A DNA stretch of 46,072 nt, taken from NCBI GenBank assembly GCA_963693555.1, contig CAVOAA010000001.1:1-46072 (forward strand), in the 5' to 3' direction. Below, in pieces: positions 37,667 through 45,586 of this stretch. Each line of letters begins with the position of its first letter. The first letter of the stretch is position 1. The position numbers were made by a program, and so were the translations under genes. Below the pieces are notes generated by a model that was not told where the DNA came from, made no database searches, and saw only the letters and a list, made by a program, of their open reading frames with translations. The DNA comes from Dehalococcoidia bacterium (GTDB taxonomy: Bacteria > Chloroflexota > Dehalococcoidia > Lucifugimonadales > UBA3495).

Positions 37667-39019
37667 ATGGCAAACTTCAGCCTCAAACCTTCAAACTTGG
37701 TGGTTGGCGGACGCGATGTCCATTACGCTTGGGTGATCGTGGGCGTTGGCGCCATCATGCGTTTGTTCAGCTCCTCCTTCCGTTCCTCCTCCAGCATTCT
37801 CATTCCCCGATTGGTGGATTCTTTCGGCTGGAGCTATGGGCAGGTAGGCTTGGGATTCGCCATTCAGTGGATAGTGTCGGGCATGTTCGGGCCCTCTGCG
37901 GGCTGGCTGGGCGACAGGTACGGAGTCCGCATGACCATGAGGTTGGGCGCCGTCTTGTTCATCGCAGGCATGGTGCTCACAGGGTTCATGCACAACCTTT
38001 GGCAGTTCTACCTGTTCTTTGGTGTGATATTGAGCGCCGCGATGGGTATCTTCCAGGTACCGTTGACGGCAGCCGTCACTCTCTGGTTCCGAAAGCACCT
38101 GGGTATCGGCATGGGATTGCTCCAGTCCTCGCAGGGTATCGGCCCCTTGGTCGCGGTGCCAATCATGCTGTTGATCATCCACTACTTTGGTGGTGGGATC
38201 GACGGTCTGCGGGCGGCGTTCTGGATTCCCGGAGTGATCGGTGGCGTCATCATCTTGATTATGGTCCAGTTCTTCTATAACGAGCCCGCCTCTATTGGAC
38301 TGCGGCCCCTTGGAGCACCGGAAGATGAGCCGATCAAGGTAGTTCAGACTGGTGAAATAGCCCGTATACGCACCAAGGTGTTCCTTAAGCAAGCACAGCG
38401 GACAAGCGCTTTCTGGAACCTGATCGGGATCCATTTCTGGGGTTGTGCGGGTCACTCGATCATCCTGATCTATCTGGCGGCCATGGCGGAATTCGAGGGT
38501 ATCTCAACTGGAGTTGCCGCCACTATCTTCGTGACTCTATCGGTGACCAGCACGGTCACCCGGTTCGCGGTGCCGATAATCGCGGACAGAGCAGGGAGCA
38601 AACCGGCAATGGCCGGCTGTTTCTTCCTACAGGTTGCGCCGATATTGCTGTTGTTTATCGCCCATGACCCTTGGCAGTTCTACCTGTTTGCCGTGCTCTT
38701 TGGCATCGGCTTCGGCGGCGAAATGAGCGCCTTCCCAATCATCAACCGGCAGTATTACGGCAGCGGGCCCATCGGCACCACCTACGGTTACCAGATGATG
38801 GGAGCGGGTGTTGGCATGGCCACCGGGGCCTTGGTCGGCGGATACCTCAGGGACATCACCGGTGATTTCAATGCCACCATGGCTCTTTCATTGGGCCTCA
38901 GCCTTACCGGCGTGATCAGCATCCTGATACTGCCCACGACCAAGAAAGAGCTGCTGCCTGACTGGGAAGACGGGTTGCCCGGCGCTTCACACGCCGCCCA
39001 CAGCCACGCTGGCGATTAA
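37667..39019 (+). CDS. MFS transporter (oxalate/formate antiporter-like subfamily)
   Basis: 12 predicted hydrophobic segments. GWLGDRYGVRMTM is the MFS loop 2-3 motif. 450 aa. Confidence 0.85.
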   Translation: MANFSLKPSNLVVGGRDVHYAWVIVGVGAIMRLFSSSFRSSSSILIPRLVDSFGWSYGQVGLGFAIQWIVSGMFGPSAGWLGDRYGVRMTMRLGAVLFIAGMVLTGFMHNLWQFYLFFGVILSAAMGIFQVPLTAAVTLWFRKHLGIGMGLLQSSQGIGPLVAVPIMLLIIHYFGGGIDGLRAAFWIPGVIGGVIILIMVQFFYNEPASIGLRPLGAPEDEPIKVVQTGEIARIRTKVFLKQAQRTSAFWNLIGIHFWGCAGHSIILIYLAAMAEFEGISTGVAATIFVTLSVTSTVTRFAVPIIADRAGSKPAMAGCFFLQVAPILLLFIAHDPWQFYLFAVLFGIGFGGEMSAFPIINRQYYGSGPIGTTYGYQMMGAGVGMATGALVGGYLRDITGDFNATMALSLGLSLTGVISILILPTTKKELLPDWEDGLPGASHAAHSHAGD

Positions 39020-39160
39020 CCAACCCGCCTCCGGGCTGCCTTTCCCCGGCTGATCATCCCCCACTGTCTCCGCGACTGGTGCCGTGCCTCCGGCTATGTG
39101 CTAAACTCCGTTATCGAGTCTGGGTATGCTCGAATATGCGGATTTTTGGAGGGCGCGCTA

Positions 39161-40585
39161 ATGTTGGACTTGGTCATAAAGGGTGGACAAGTTGTAACCC
39201 CCATGGGAGTTGGCGAGTGGGACGTTGCGATTCAAGGTGAAAAGATAGTGGCGGTGGCCGCCCCGGGTGCTCTGCCCGAAGAAGCCGGCCGTGTGATCGA
39301 CGCGAAGGGGATGATTGTGGTGCCCGGCGGCATCGAGCCTCACGCCCACATATCCGCGCCTATCATGGGCCACGGCGACCTGCTAACCGCCCCTCCCGAA
39401 GAGGTCAGCCGCGCCGCCCTGATCGGCGGCACCACCATGCTGATGGACTTTGCCATCCAATACCCAGGCGTCGACATTCCCCAGGCCATCAAGGAGCGGA
39501 CCGACGTCTGGCAGGGTAACTCCTACGCCGATTACGCCCACCACCTGATGCTCCTGGGTTCCATTCCTCCCGAGATTTTGGGCTCATTGCATGAAGCGGT
39601 GGAAGACGGGTTCCCCAGCTTCAAGATCTTCACGACCAACATCCGGCCGCCGGCCACCACCGGAGAGCCGCGCATGGTCGGCACGGGCCACCTCCACGAC
39701 CTGATGGAGGAGATTCAGCGCATGAACGCCATGCTGCTGGTCCACTCTGAAGACGACGACATGGTGCAGCATATGTACCAGAAGTTGGCCCGGGAAGAGA
39801 ATACCGAGTGGTACAACATGCACCTGGTCCACAGCGCCGAGTCCGAAGACGTTTCTTTCCGTCGGGTGCTCCGGGTCGCCGAATGGACCGGCGCACCGGT
39901 CTACTTCGTCCACGTGAGTGCCACCCAGGGACTCCAGGCTATCTTGGAGGCACGCTCCAACGGCCGCCCCGTCTACGGCGAGACTCTGCACAACTACTGC
40001 TGCTTCAGCTCCGACGACTATAAAGAAGAGAATGGCATGAAGTATCACACCTATCCTTCTTTGAAATCGGAAGCCGACCGGCAGTCGCTCTGGGACGGAA
40101 TCGTGAACAACGGCCTCAGCACCATGGCCACCGACGAGTACTGCACATCCTGGGAAACCAAAATATCCGGCCGTTCTGTCTCGGACGTGACCGGAGGCCA
40201 CAACGGCGCCGAGGCCCGCATGGGTGTGACCTACAGCGAGGGAGTCTCCCGCCGCGGCATGTCCCTGCAACGGTTCGTCGACGTTTCTTCGGCCAACGCG
40301 GCCAAGATCATGGGCCTATACCCCCGCAAGGGTGTGCTGGCTCCGGGCAGCGACGCCGACGTCACGCTGATCGACACCAATTTCAAGCGCAAACTGACTA
40401 TTAACGACTTCCACATCTCCGACTACAGCATCTGGGAAGGGTTTGAGGCCGACGGCTGGCCCGTGACCACCATTCTCAGAGGTAATGTGGTGGTGGAAAA
40501 CCGGGAGTTCAAGGCCGCCCCCGGCAGCGGCAAGTTCATCCCAAGAAAGGTAGACACAGCCGTAACCAACCGCCCCGTAGCCTAG
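39161..40585 (+). CDS. Dihydropyrimidinase / D-hydantoinase-type cyclic amidohydrolase
   Basis: DLVIKGGQVV..., VVPGGIEPHAH (HxH metal site), SFKIF (carbamylated Lys region), and GSDADVTLID in the C-terminal region. ATG 39161 is preceded by GGAGGG at 7 nt; the ORF track starts at 39098. Confidence 0.85.
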   Translation: MLDLVIKGGQVVTPMGVGEWDVAIQGEKIVAVAAPGALPEEAGRVIDAKGMIVVPGGIEPHAHISAPIMGHGDLLTAPPEEVSRAALIGGTTMLMDFAIQYPGVDIPQAIKERTDVWQGNSYADYAHHLMLLGSIPPEILGSLHEAVEDGFPSFKIFTTNIRPPATTGEPRMVGTGHLHDLMEEIQRMNAMLLVHSEDDDMVQHMYQKLAREENTEWYNMHLVHSAESEDVSFRRVLRVAEWTGAPVYFVHVSATQGLQAILEARSNGRPVYGETLHNYCCFSSDDYKEENGMKYHTYPSLKSEADRQSLWDGIVNNGLSTMATDEYCTSWETKISGRSVSDVTGGHNGAEARMGVTYSEGVSRRGMSLQRFVDVSSANAAKIMGLYPRKGVLAPGSDADVTLIDTNFKRKLTINDFHISDYSIWEGFEADGWPVTTILRGNVVVENREFKAAPGSGKFIPRKVDTAVTNRPVA

Positions 40586-40692
40586 CCCACATAGTGGGGG
40601 TTTCATGGGGCGGCGTATTTGCGTATTAACGTGTAGGCACGCGGCATAGATGGTTTAAATGTGGCGGAAGCAGGTTTCGGTAGGAGTAGAAG

Positions 40693-41253
40693 ATGGCTCG
40701 GATCAGGTTGGTGCCTACGGAGGAATTGACTCCGGGGCTTCGTAAGATCGCCAAGGGTGCGGAGGCGCACAAGCTGAACCCGGCCATCTTTCAGGCGGCT
40801 GGGAACTTGCCCGGCGCCTACGAGGCCTTCTGGGATTTTTACGGGCCTCTCAAGCTGGAGGGGCTACTGGAACAGAGGCTTAAGGAGCTGGTCCGGCTTA
40901 AGATCGCTGACCTGAACCAATGCGCCACTTGAAAACTCGGCAGGGCTGTACCGGCGGTGCAGCAGGGAATGACTGAGGAGATGATCGCCAGCCTCACTGA
41001 CGTTGAGAGCGCGGAGATCACTGAGCGTGAGAGACTGGCGGTCCGCTTCGCTCAGCGTATGGCCACCGACCACCACAGCATGGATGACGACTTCTTCGAC
41101 GAACTCCGTGATGAGTTTACTGACCCTGAGATATTCGAACTGGGCATGATCACGGGGCAGTTCATCGGCTATGGCAGGCTGATATCGATCTTGGACCTGG
41201 AAAACCCCGACCAACCCGAAGTCAGGAGGCACGAACATGACCTCGTCAAATAG
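40693..41253 (+). CDS. Carboxymuconolactone decarboxylase (CMD)/AhpD-like protein with an in-frame TGA at 40930-40932 (candidate selenocysteine in a CxxU motif; otherwise a pseudogene)
   Basis: ORFs 40693-40932 and 40957-41253 share one frame. The joined sequence LKIADLNQCAT[TGA]KLGRAVPAVQQGMTEEMIASL...ERERLAVRFAQRMATD...FELGMITGQF is one CMD fold. The TGA aligns with the second Cys of the family's CxxC motif. Confidence 0.6.
40945..40963 (+). promoter_or_regulatory. Putative bacterial SECIS-like hairpin
   Basis: GCUGUACC-GGC-GGUGCAGC: an 8-bp stem with one G-U pair and a G-containing apical loop. It starts 12 nt after the UGA. Confidence 0.45.
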
Positions 41254-41695
41254 CAACACAGACGCCATGCGGGAGCGGCTCCGGAGCTTGATTCCGGCGG
41301 GCGGCAAAGACGGCCCCACCCAAGGGGTGAACCACATAGCTGTGTTCGCCAAAGACCTGGAAGCAACGGCAAAGTTCTATGAAGAGATCATGGATATGCC
41401 GGTTGTCAGCGTTGCGCCAAACCGGGACGCGGACGAGTCGACCCACATGAATGTTGCGATCGGAAACGGCATGCGGCTTTCATTCTTCGACTTCCCACAC
41501 GTGCCGCGCCTGCAGAAGAAGGCGCCCGAGGGCGTGGGCAACGTCATGCACATAGCCCTGCCCATTGACCGGAAGATATTTTTAGAGATCAAAGGCCGGT
41601 GCGACCAGAACAAGATCAAGTACCAGGAAGGTGGCGGGGCAATCTACGTGAAAGACCCCAACGGTCTGGCAATAGAGTTGATGCCTTACGACTAG
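41237..41695 (+). CDS. VOC-family (glyoxalase/bleomycin-resistance/dioxygenase) protein
   Basis: VNHIAVFAKDLEATAKFYEEIMDMPVV..., HIALPI, GGGAIYVKDPNGLAIEL. SD GGAGG lies 7 nt upstream. It overlaps the CMD gene by 17 nt. Confidence 0.8.
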   Translation: MTSSNSNTDAMRERLRSLIPAGGKDGPTQGVNHIAVFAKDLEATAKFYEEIMDMPVVSVAPNRDADESTHMNVAIGNGMRLSFFDFPHVPRLQKKAPEGVGNVMHIALPIDRKIFLEIKGRCDQNKIKYQEGGGAIYVKDPNGLAIELMPYD

Positions 41696-41727
41696 ATCAA
41701 CTCATCAGGCGCCTGGTAAAAAGATCA

Positions 41728-41756
41728 AAAGGGCGGTCATCAGGCCGCCTTTTTTG
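41728..41756. terminator. Terminator between the convergent VOC and AraC genes
   Basis: AAAAGGGCGG-tcatcagg-CCGCCTTTTTT. Confidence 0.65.
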
Positions 41757-41784
41757 TTGGGTTTCCGGTTTCGATGGCCTGCGA

Positions 41785-42705
41785 TTACCAGACCTGCCCG
41801 GCGGATTGGCCCTTTTGGAATGCGGCCGGTGAGACGCCGAATTGGCTCTTGAACGCACTCGAGAAATGGGTCCGGCTATTGAAGCCTACTTGGCGGGCTA
41901 CTTGTTCGACTGATGGTCCTCTACTCTGGCGCAGAAGTTCCGCCGCTTTTCGTATACGAATATTGTGAACGAAATTTATGGGCGTGGCGCCGAAGGCTTC
42001 CCGGAACCGCTCGGCGAAAACCGACCGGCTCATCGACGCCCTGTCGGCCAGCGAGTCGACTGTGTGGGCGTCCTCGGGGTGTTCGAAGATGAAGTCTACG
42101 GCCTGCGATAGATTGGGGTCTTCCAGACCGGGGAGCCAAGGCAATCGCCCGTCCGATTGCTCGGAAAGGTAACGTAGTAGATAGACGATACATTGAGTCA
42201 TGAGCGCCCTTGTGAGCGCCGCACTCCCCTCGGTCGCGCCGCCCTGCTCAGCAAGTATTCCCTCGAATGCGCTTCTGACCAAGGGATACGCCGATAGGTC
42301 GGCCACGATCGCCTCTTCCAATCGCTGGAACAATCCCAAAGAGTCCCCGTAGGTAACGTTCACCATTCCGCAGGCAACTCGGAATTCTGCCGTGGCGGGC
42401 GCCCCAGCAATCAAGCGAACGACGCCGTCGCCAGATGGCGGGGACTCGATCGTCCTCTCCGATTGCACGTCAGTGCCGCATTCAAGAGTGTGCTTGGCGT
42501 CATGAGGAACCACGGCCAGGGAGAATCTTTCCATGGGATAGGTTCTGCCGTCCGGCAAGCTGAGCAGGCCGGTTCCCTGCATCACAAAATGGAACATGAC
42601 GTTCGGCGGACCGGGCAGGTTCAATTTCCAGCCGGAGCTAACAAGACAAGTGGCGAAGGGTTCAGAGTGGACGACCACGTAATCAAGGAGCTTGTCTAGG
42701 AGCAT
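41785..42705 (-). CDS. AraC-family transcriptional regulator (cupin-like N-domain plus C-terminal HTH)
   Basis: The C-terminus ASMSRSVFAERFREAFGATPINFVHNIRIRKAAELL...VGFNSRTHFSSAFKSQFGVSPAAF is a canonical AraC HTH. Confidence 0.9.
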   Translation of the reverse strand: MLLDKLLDYVVVHSEPFATCLVSSGWKLNLPGPPNVMFHFVMQGTGLLSLPDGRTYPMERFSLAVVPHDAKHTLECGTDVQSERTIESPPSGDGVVRLIAGAPATAEFRVACGMVNVTYGDSLGLFQRLEEAIVADLSAYPLVRSAFEGILAEQGGATEGSAALTRALMTQCIVYLLRYLSEQSDGRLPWLPGLEDPNLSQAVDFIFEHPEDAHTVDSLADRASMSRSVFAERFREAFGATPINFVHNIRIRKAAELLRQSRGPSVEQVARQVGFNSRTHFSSAFKSQFGVSPAAFQKGQSAGQVW

Positions 42706-42862
42706 TGGGCGGTCCTAAGGTGGATTTTCGGTTCCCGGAGATTCAAGACGCCAGCAGATATTTTCCAGACCACAACGGACGTGGGCCAGCCTATTATAAC
42801 TGCATACAGCGGGAGACAAGAGTTCTTCCAACAATAACATGAGGCCAAAGAGAGGAGAGATT

Positions 42863-43507
42863 ATGGATTTCAACAAACAGGACACCGCAGTGGTTATCAC
42901 GGACCCGCAAAATGACTTTCTCAGCCCGGATGGCGTGGTCTGGGGACTGGTGGGGGCCAGTGTCGAGGAGAACGGGACTGTTGGGCATATCGAAGACCTG
43001 TTCCGCAGCGCCAAAGACAAGGGCTACAACGTTTTCATCTCGCCCCATTACTACTACCCCACGGACCACGGTTGGCAGTTCGGCGGAACGGTTGAAAAGA
43101 TGATGCACGAGGTCGGGATGTTCGACCGGACCGGAGCTCTGAACACCGAAGGTTTCTCGGGGTCGGGCGCCGACTGGTTGGAGCAATACAAACAGTTCAT
43201 AGATGACGGAAAAACGATCATCACCAGCCCTCACAAGGTTTACGGGCCGGAAACCAACGACCTGACACTCCAGCTTCGTAAGCGGGGAATCTCCAAGATC
43301 ATCTTGGCCGGTATGTCGGCCAACCTTTGCACCGAGGCCCACATGCGTGAATTGCTGGAACAGGGCTTTGAGGTTGCCGTTGTGGCGGACGCAACCGCTG
43401 CCGCCATCCACCCCGAGCTGGGCGACGGCTATCAGACCGCTCTGACCAATTTCCGGTTCATGGCAAATGCTCTAATGAGCACGGAGGAAGCCGTTTCAGC
43501 GATGTAA
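42863..43507 (+). CDS. Isochorismatase-family cysteine hydrolase
   Basis: TAVVITDPQNDFL and IILAGMSANLCTEAHMRE (catalytic Cys). ATG 42863 follows GAGGAGAG; the ORF track starts at 42839. Confidence 0.85.
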   Translation: MDFNKQDTAVVITDPQNDFLSPDGVVWGLVGASVEENGTVGHIEDLFRSAKDKGYNVFISPHYYYPTDHGWQFGGTVEKMMHEVGMFDRTGALNTEGFSGSGADWLEQYKQFIDDGKTIITSPHKVYGPETNDLTLQLRKRGISKIILAGMSANLCTEAHMRELLEQGFEVAVVADATAAAIHPELGDGYQTALTNFRFMANALMSTEEAVSAM

Positions 43508-43536
43508 CGAACGCCGGTCCGAAACTAACAGCTTGC

Positions 43537-43578
43537 CAGAAAGGGCGTCCCGGTTCACTGGGATGCCCTTTCTGTTTG
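43537..43578 (+). terminator. Rho-independent terminator
   Basis: CAGAAAGGGC (43537-43546) pairs with GCCCTTTCTG (43565-43574). The stem extends inward (gtccc/gggat) and is followed by TTTG. Confidence 0.75.
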
Positions 43579-43726
43579 CTACATTGAATCAGGTCCTGAA
43601 CCAGGCCCTCCTGCGCCGCTCGTCCCGAGTTACGACTGAAAGTCGAGAGTCTCGATGAAATCGGACCTGTCGAAGTGCCGCACCAACCATGCTTATATCC
43701 GTGAAAACGGCTTATCCAGTAACGGT

Positions 43727-43750
43727 GGTTCGACAGGCTCACCATGAGCG
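43727..43750 (+). repeat. Third copy of the 'ggttcgacaggctcaccatgagcg' REP-like module
   Basis: 21 of 24 positions identical to 6941-6964 (tggttcaacaagctcactatgagc plus g). Confidence 0.6.
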
Positions 43751-43812
43751 AGATCAAGGGAATGCTCATGGAGAGCGGACATGATGGAGAGCGGACATGA
43801 TGGGGGCCTCCC

Positions 43813-45006
43813 CTATCCGGGAAAAACCTTTTTTCGGTCCAGGATCCTGGCGAACTCCGCGATCCCCTCATGAATCGTCTCCACGGACGGGTGGCCGAAG
43901 CAGAGACGGACGTAGTTGGCGCCTTCGCCGGTCGGTGAGAACTGGGAGCCGTTGTAGTAGCTGACACCCTCGTCGAAGATCTCTTCTTGCACTGCGGCCA
44001 GGTCGGTGCCCTCGGGGAATTTGACCCAGCAATACAGCCCACCCTGCGGGACGCTCCACGTCACTGAGCTGCCGAAATTCTCTCCCAAGGCCGCTACCAT
44101 GGCGTCTCGTTTGGCCGCCAATGCCCGGTTCTGCTCTTCGATGTGCTTCTCCAAGCCGCCTTTCATCATTTCTGCAATCGTCAGGGCGGTGAATTGGCTG
44201 ACAGCCCCGCCTGACTTGAAACTCCAGGCCCGGGCGATGACTGGCTTGGGGGCCACCAGGTACCCCATGCGCATGCCGGGGGCGATGATCTTGGAGAATG
44301 AGCCGGCGTAGATCACTCTGCCGGTGTCGTCCAGAGAGTGGAAGGAAGTGACGTCCTCTCCCTCGAAGCGGAGATCGGCGTAACAGTCGTCCTCGAAGAT
44401 GGGTATGCCGTGCTTGCCGGTGACTTCCAGCACCCGTTTGCGGCGCTCTAGGCTCATGGTCCAGCCCAAGGGGTTCTGGAAGGCCGGAATGGTGTAGAGG
44501 TATTTGACCGTTTTGCCCTTGGCGAGCTGGTCGGTTATCACCGTCTCCAAGTCTTCGGGAATGATCCCGTCATCGTCGCACTTGACCCCGACCACGTCGG
44601 CGCCATAGCGACGCATCTGGTTCAGCGTCCCCAGGTAGACGAACTCCTCAACCAGAACCACATCTCCGGGGTCGGTGAGGGCTTGGATCAAGATGCCGAT
44701 GGCCTCGCCGGAACCGGAGGTCAGCACCATATCGTCGGCAGTCACCTTCATGTTGCGCTCGCGAGACAGCTTCTCGGCCACCAGCTTGCGCAGCTCAGGG
44801 TCGCCGGCGGCGGTGGAGTAGTAGGCCAGGTACTTGCCCTCGCGCTCAAACCCCTTTCTGACGGATTCGATCAGTTCTTCCAACGGCAGGTTTTCCGGAT
44901 CCGGATAGGCGACGGCAAAGTCGTACTTCGAATGCCGGACACTGCCCGGAGGCGCGTCCCGGGAATCCGCGGAGAATAGATTGTCGTAATTGAACTGTTC
45001 GGCCAT
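43813..45006 (-). CDS. PLP-dependent aminotransferase, class I/II (aspartate/2-aminoadipate/kynurenine aminotransferase-like)
   Basis: YYSTAAGDPELRKLVAEKL, TSGSGEAI, the FQNPLG-type region, and SFSKIIAPGMRMGYLVAP (PLP Lys). Confidence 0.85.
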   Translation of the reverse strand: MAEQFNYDNLFSADSRDAPPGSVRHSKYDFAVAYPDPENLPLEELIESVRKGFEREGKYLAYYSTAAGDPELRKLVAEKLSRERNMKVTADDMVLTSGSGEAIGILIQALTDPGDVVLVEEFVYLGTLNQMRRYGADVVGVKCDDDGIIPEDLETVITDQLAKGKTVKYLYTIPAFQNPLGWTMSLERRKRVLEVTGKHGIPIFEDDCYADLRFEGEDVTSFHSLDDTGRVIYAGSFSKIIAPGMRMGYLVAPKPVIARAWSFKSGGAVSQFTALTIAEMMKGGLEKHIEEQNRALAAKRDAMVAALGENFGSSVTWSVPQGGLYCWVKFPEGTDLAAVQEEIFDEGVSYYNGSQFSPTGEGANYVRLCFGHPSVETIHEGIAEFARILDRKKVFPG

Positions 45007-45045
45007 GGTTTACTCCTGGTTTTGTGAGGCTTGGTTGGCAGGAGG

Positions 45046-45086
45046 CGAAATCCCCCTTTACGAAAGGGGGACCGAGGGGGATTTTA
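45046..45086. repeat. REP-like G5/C5 hairpin element (possible terminator of the upstream minus-strand gene)
   Basis: CCCCCTTT-acg-AAAGGGGG (45052-45070). Alternatively AAATCCCCC (45048-45056) pairs with GGGGGATTT (45076-45084). Confidence 0.55.
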
Positions 45087-45110
45087 GCGCACTACGCAAT
45101 ATGGCTTCTA

Positions 45111-45446
45111 TTAATAAAGACCCTCATCGCTAAAAAATGGTTTGTCGTCGTCCGGGTTGGTTTGGCCCAGCATGCGGTCGGTGTTGAGCAGGCCGGCACG
45201 ATTCCAGAGGACCAGGATAGCGCGGTCCATGAGGTTCTGCGGCAGGCCGATCCTGCGGCCGTGCTTGAAGGCCAGCCAACTGGCGTGCCCCGCGGCGAAG
45301 TATTCTTCCATGAATGGAGTGGGTTCAGCCTCGGCAGACGCTGCTTCCAGAATCTCGATGGGGGTTTCGACGCAGGTCATCTCCGGATTATCCGCAGCCA
45401 TCTTGAGGAAATCTTGCTGGGTTTCTCGGCTCATTGGTTCAGGCAT
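45111..45446 (-). CDS. Hypothetical protein (111 aa), no family recognised
   Basis: The ORF has normal composition and sits between two co-directional genes. The overlapping plus-strand ORFs look like antisense artefacts. Confidence 0.5.
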   Translation of the reverse strand: MPEPMSRETQQDFLKMAADNPEMTCVETPIEILEAASAEAEPTPFMEEYFAAGHASWLAFKHGRRIGLPQNLMDRAILVLWNRAGLLNTDRMLGQTNPDDDKPFFSDEGLY

Positions 45447-45586
45447 ATATCTGTACTGCCATCGGTAGTAAATCTATTGCGGGAAATCGTTCGGTCTGAG
45501 ACTAAAAACAACCTTGGCGGAGACCGTTACGGCTCCGCCAAGGTTTGATAGCTACTGATTGGGCTAATACCCGTGGGTATCCAGGA

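Noticed and set aside
43721-43750. GGTTCGA-containing stretch that resembles a tRNA T-loop
   Set aside because: The flanking bases cannot form a T-stem and no acceptor or anticodon arms can be drawn. The sequence instead matches the REP-like module seen at 6941-6964.
45024-45548. 174-aa plus-strand ORF overlapping the hypothetical gene
   Set aside because: It starts inside the G5/C5 repeat element and has an irregular composition. It opposes the transcriptional direction of all neighbouring genes. The minus-strand 111-aa ORF is the more plausible call, though with limited confidence.
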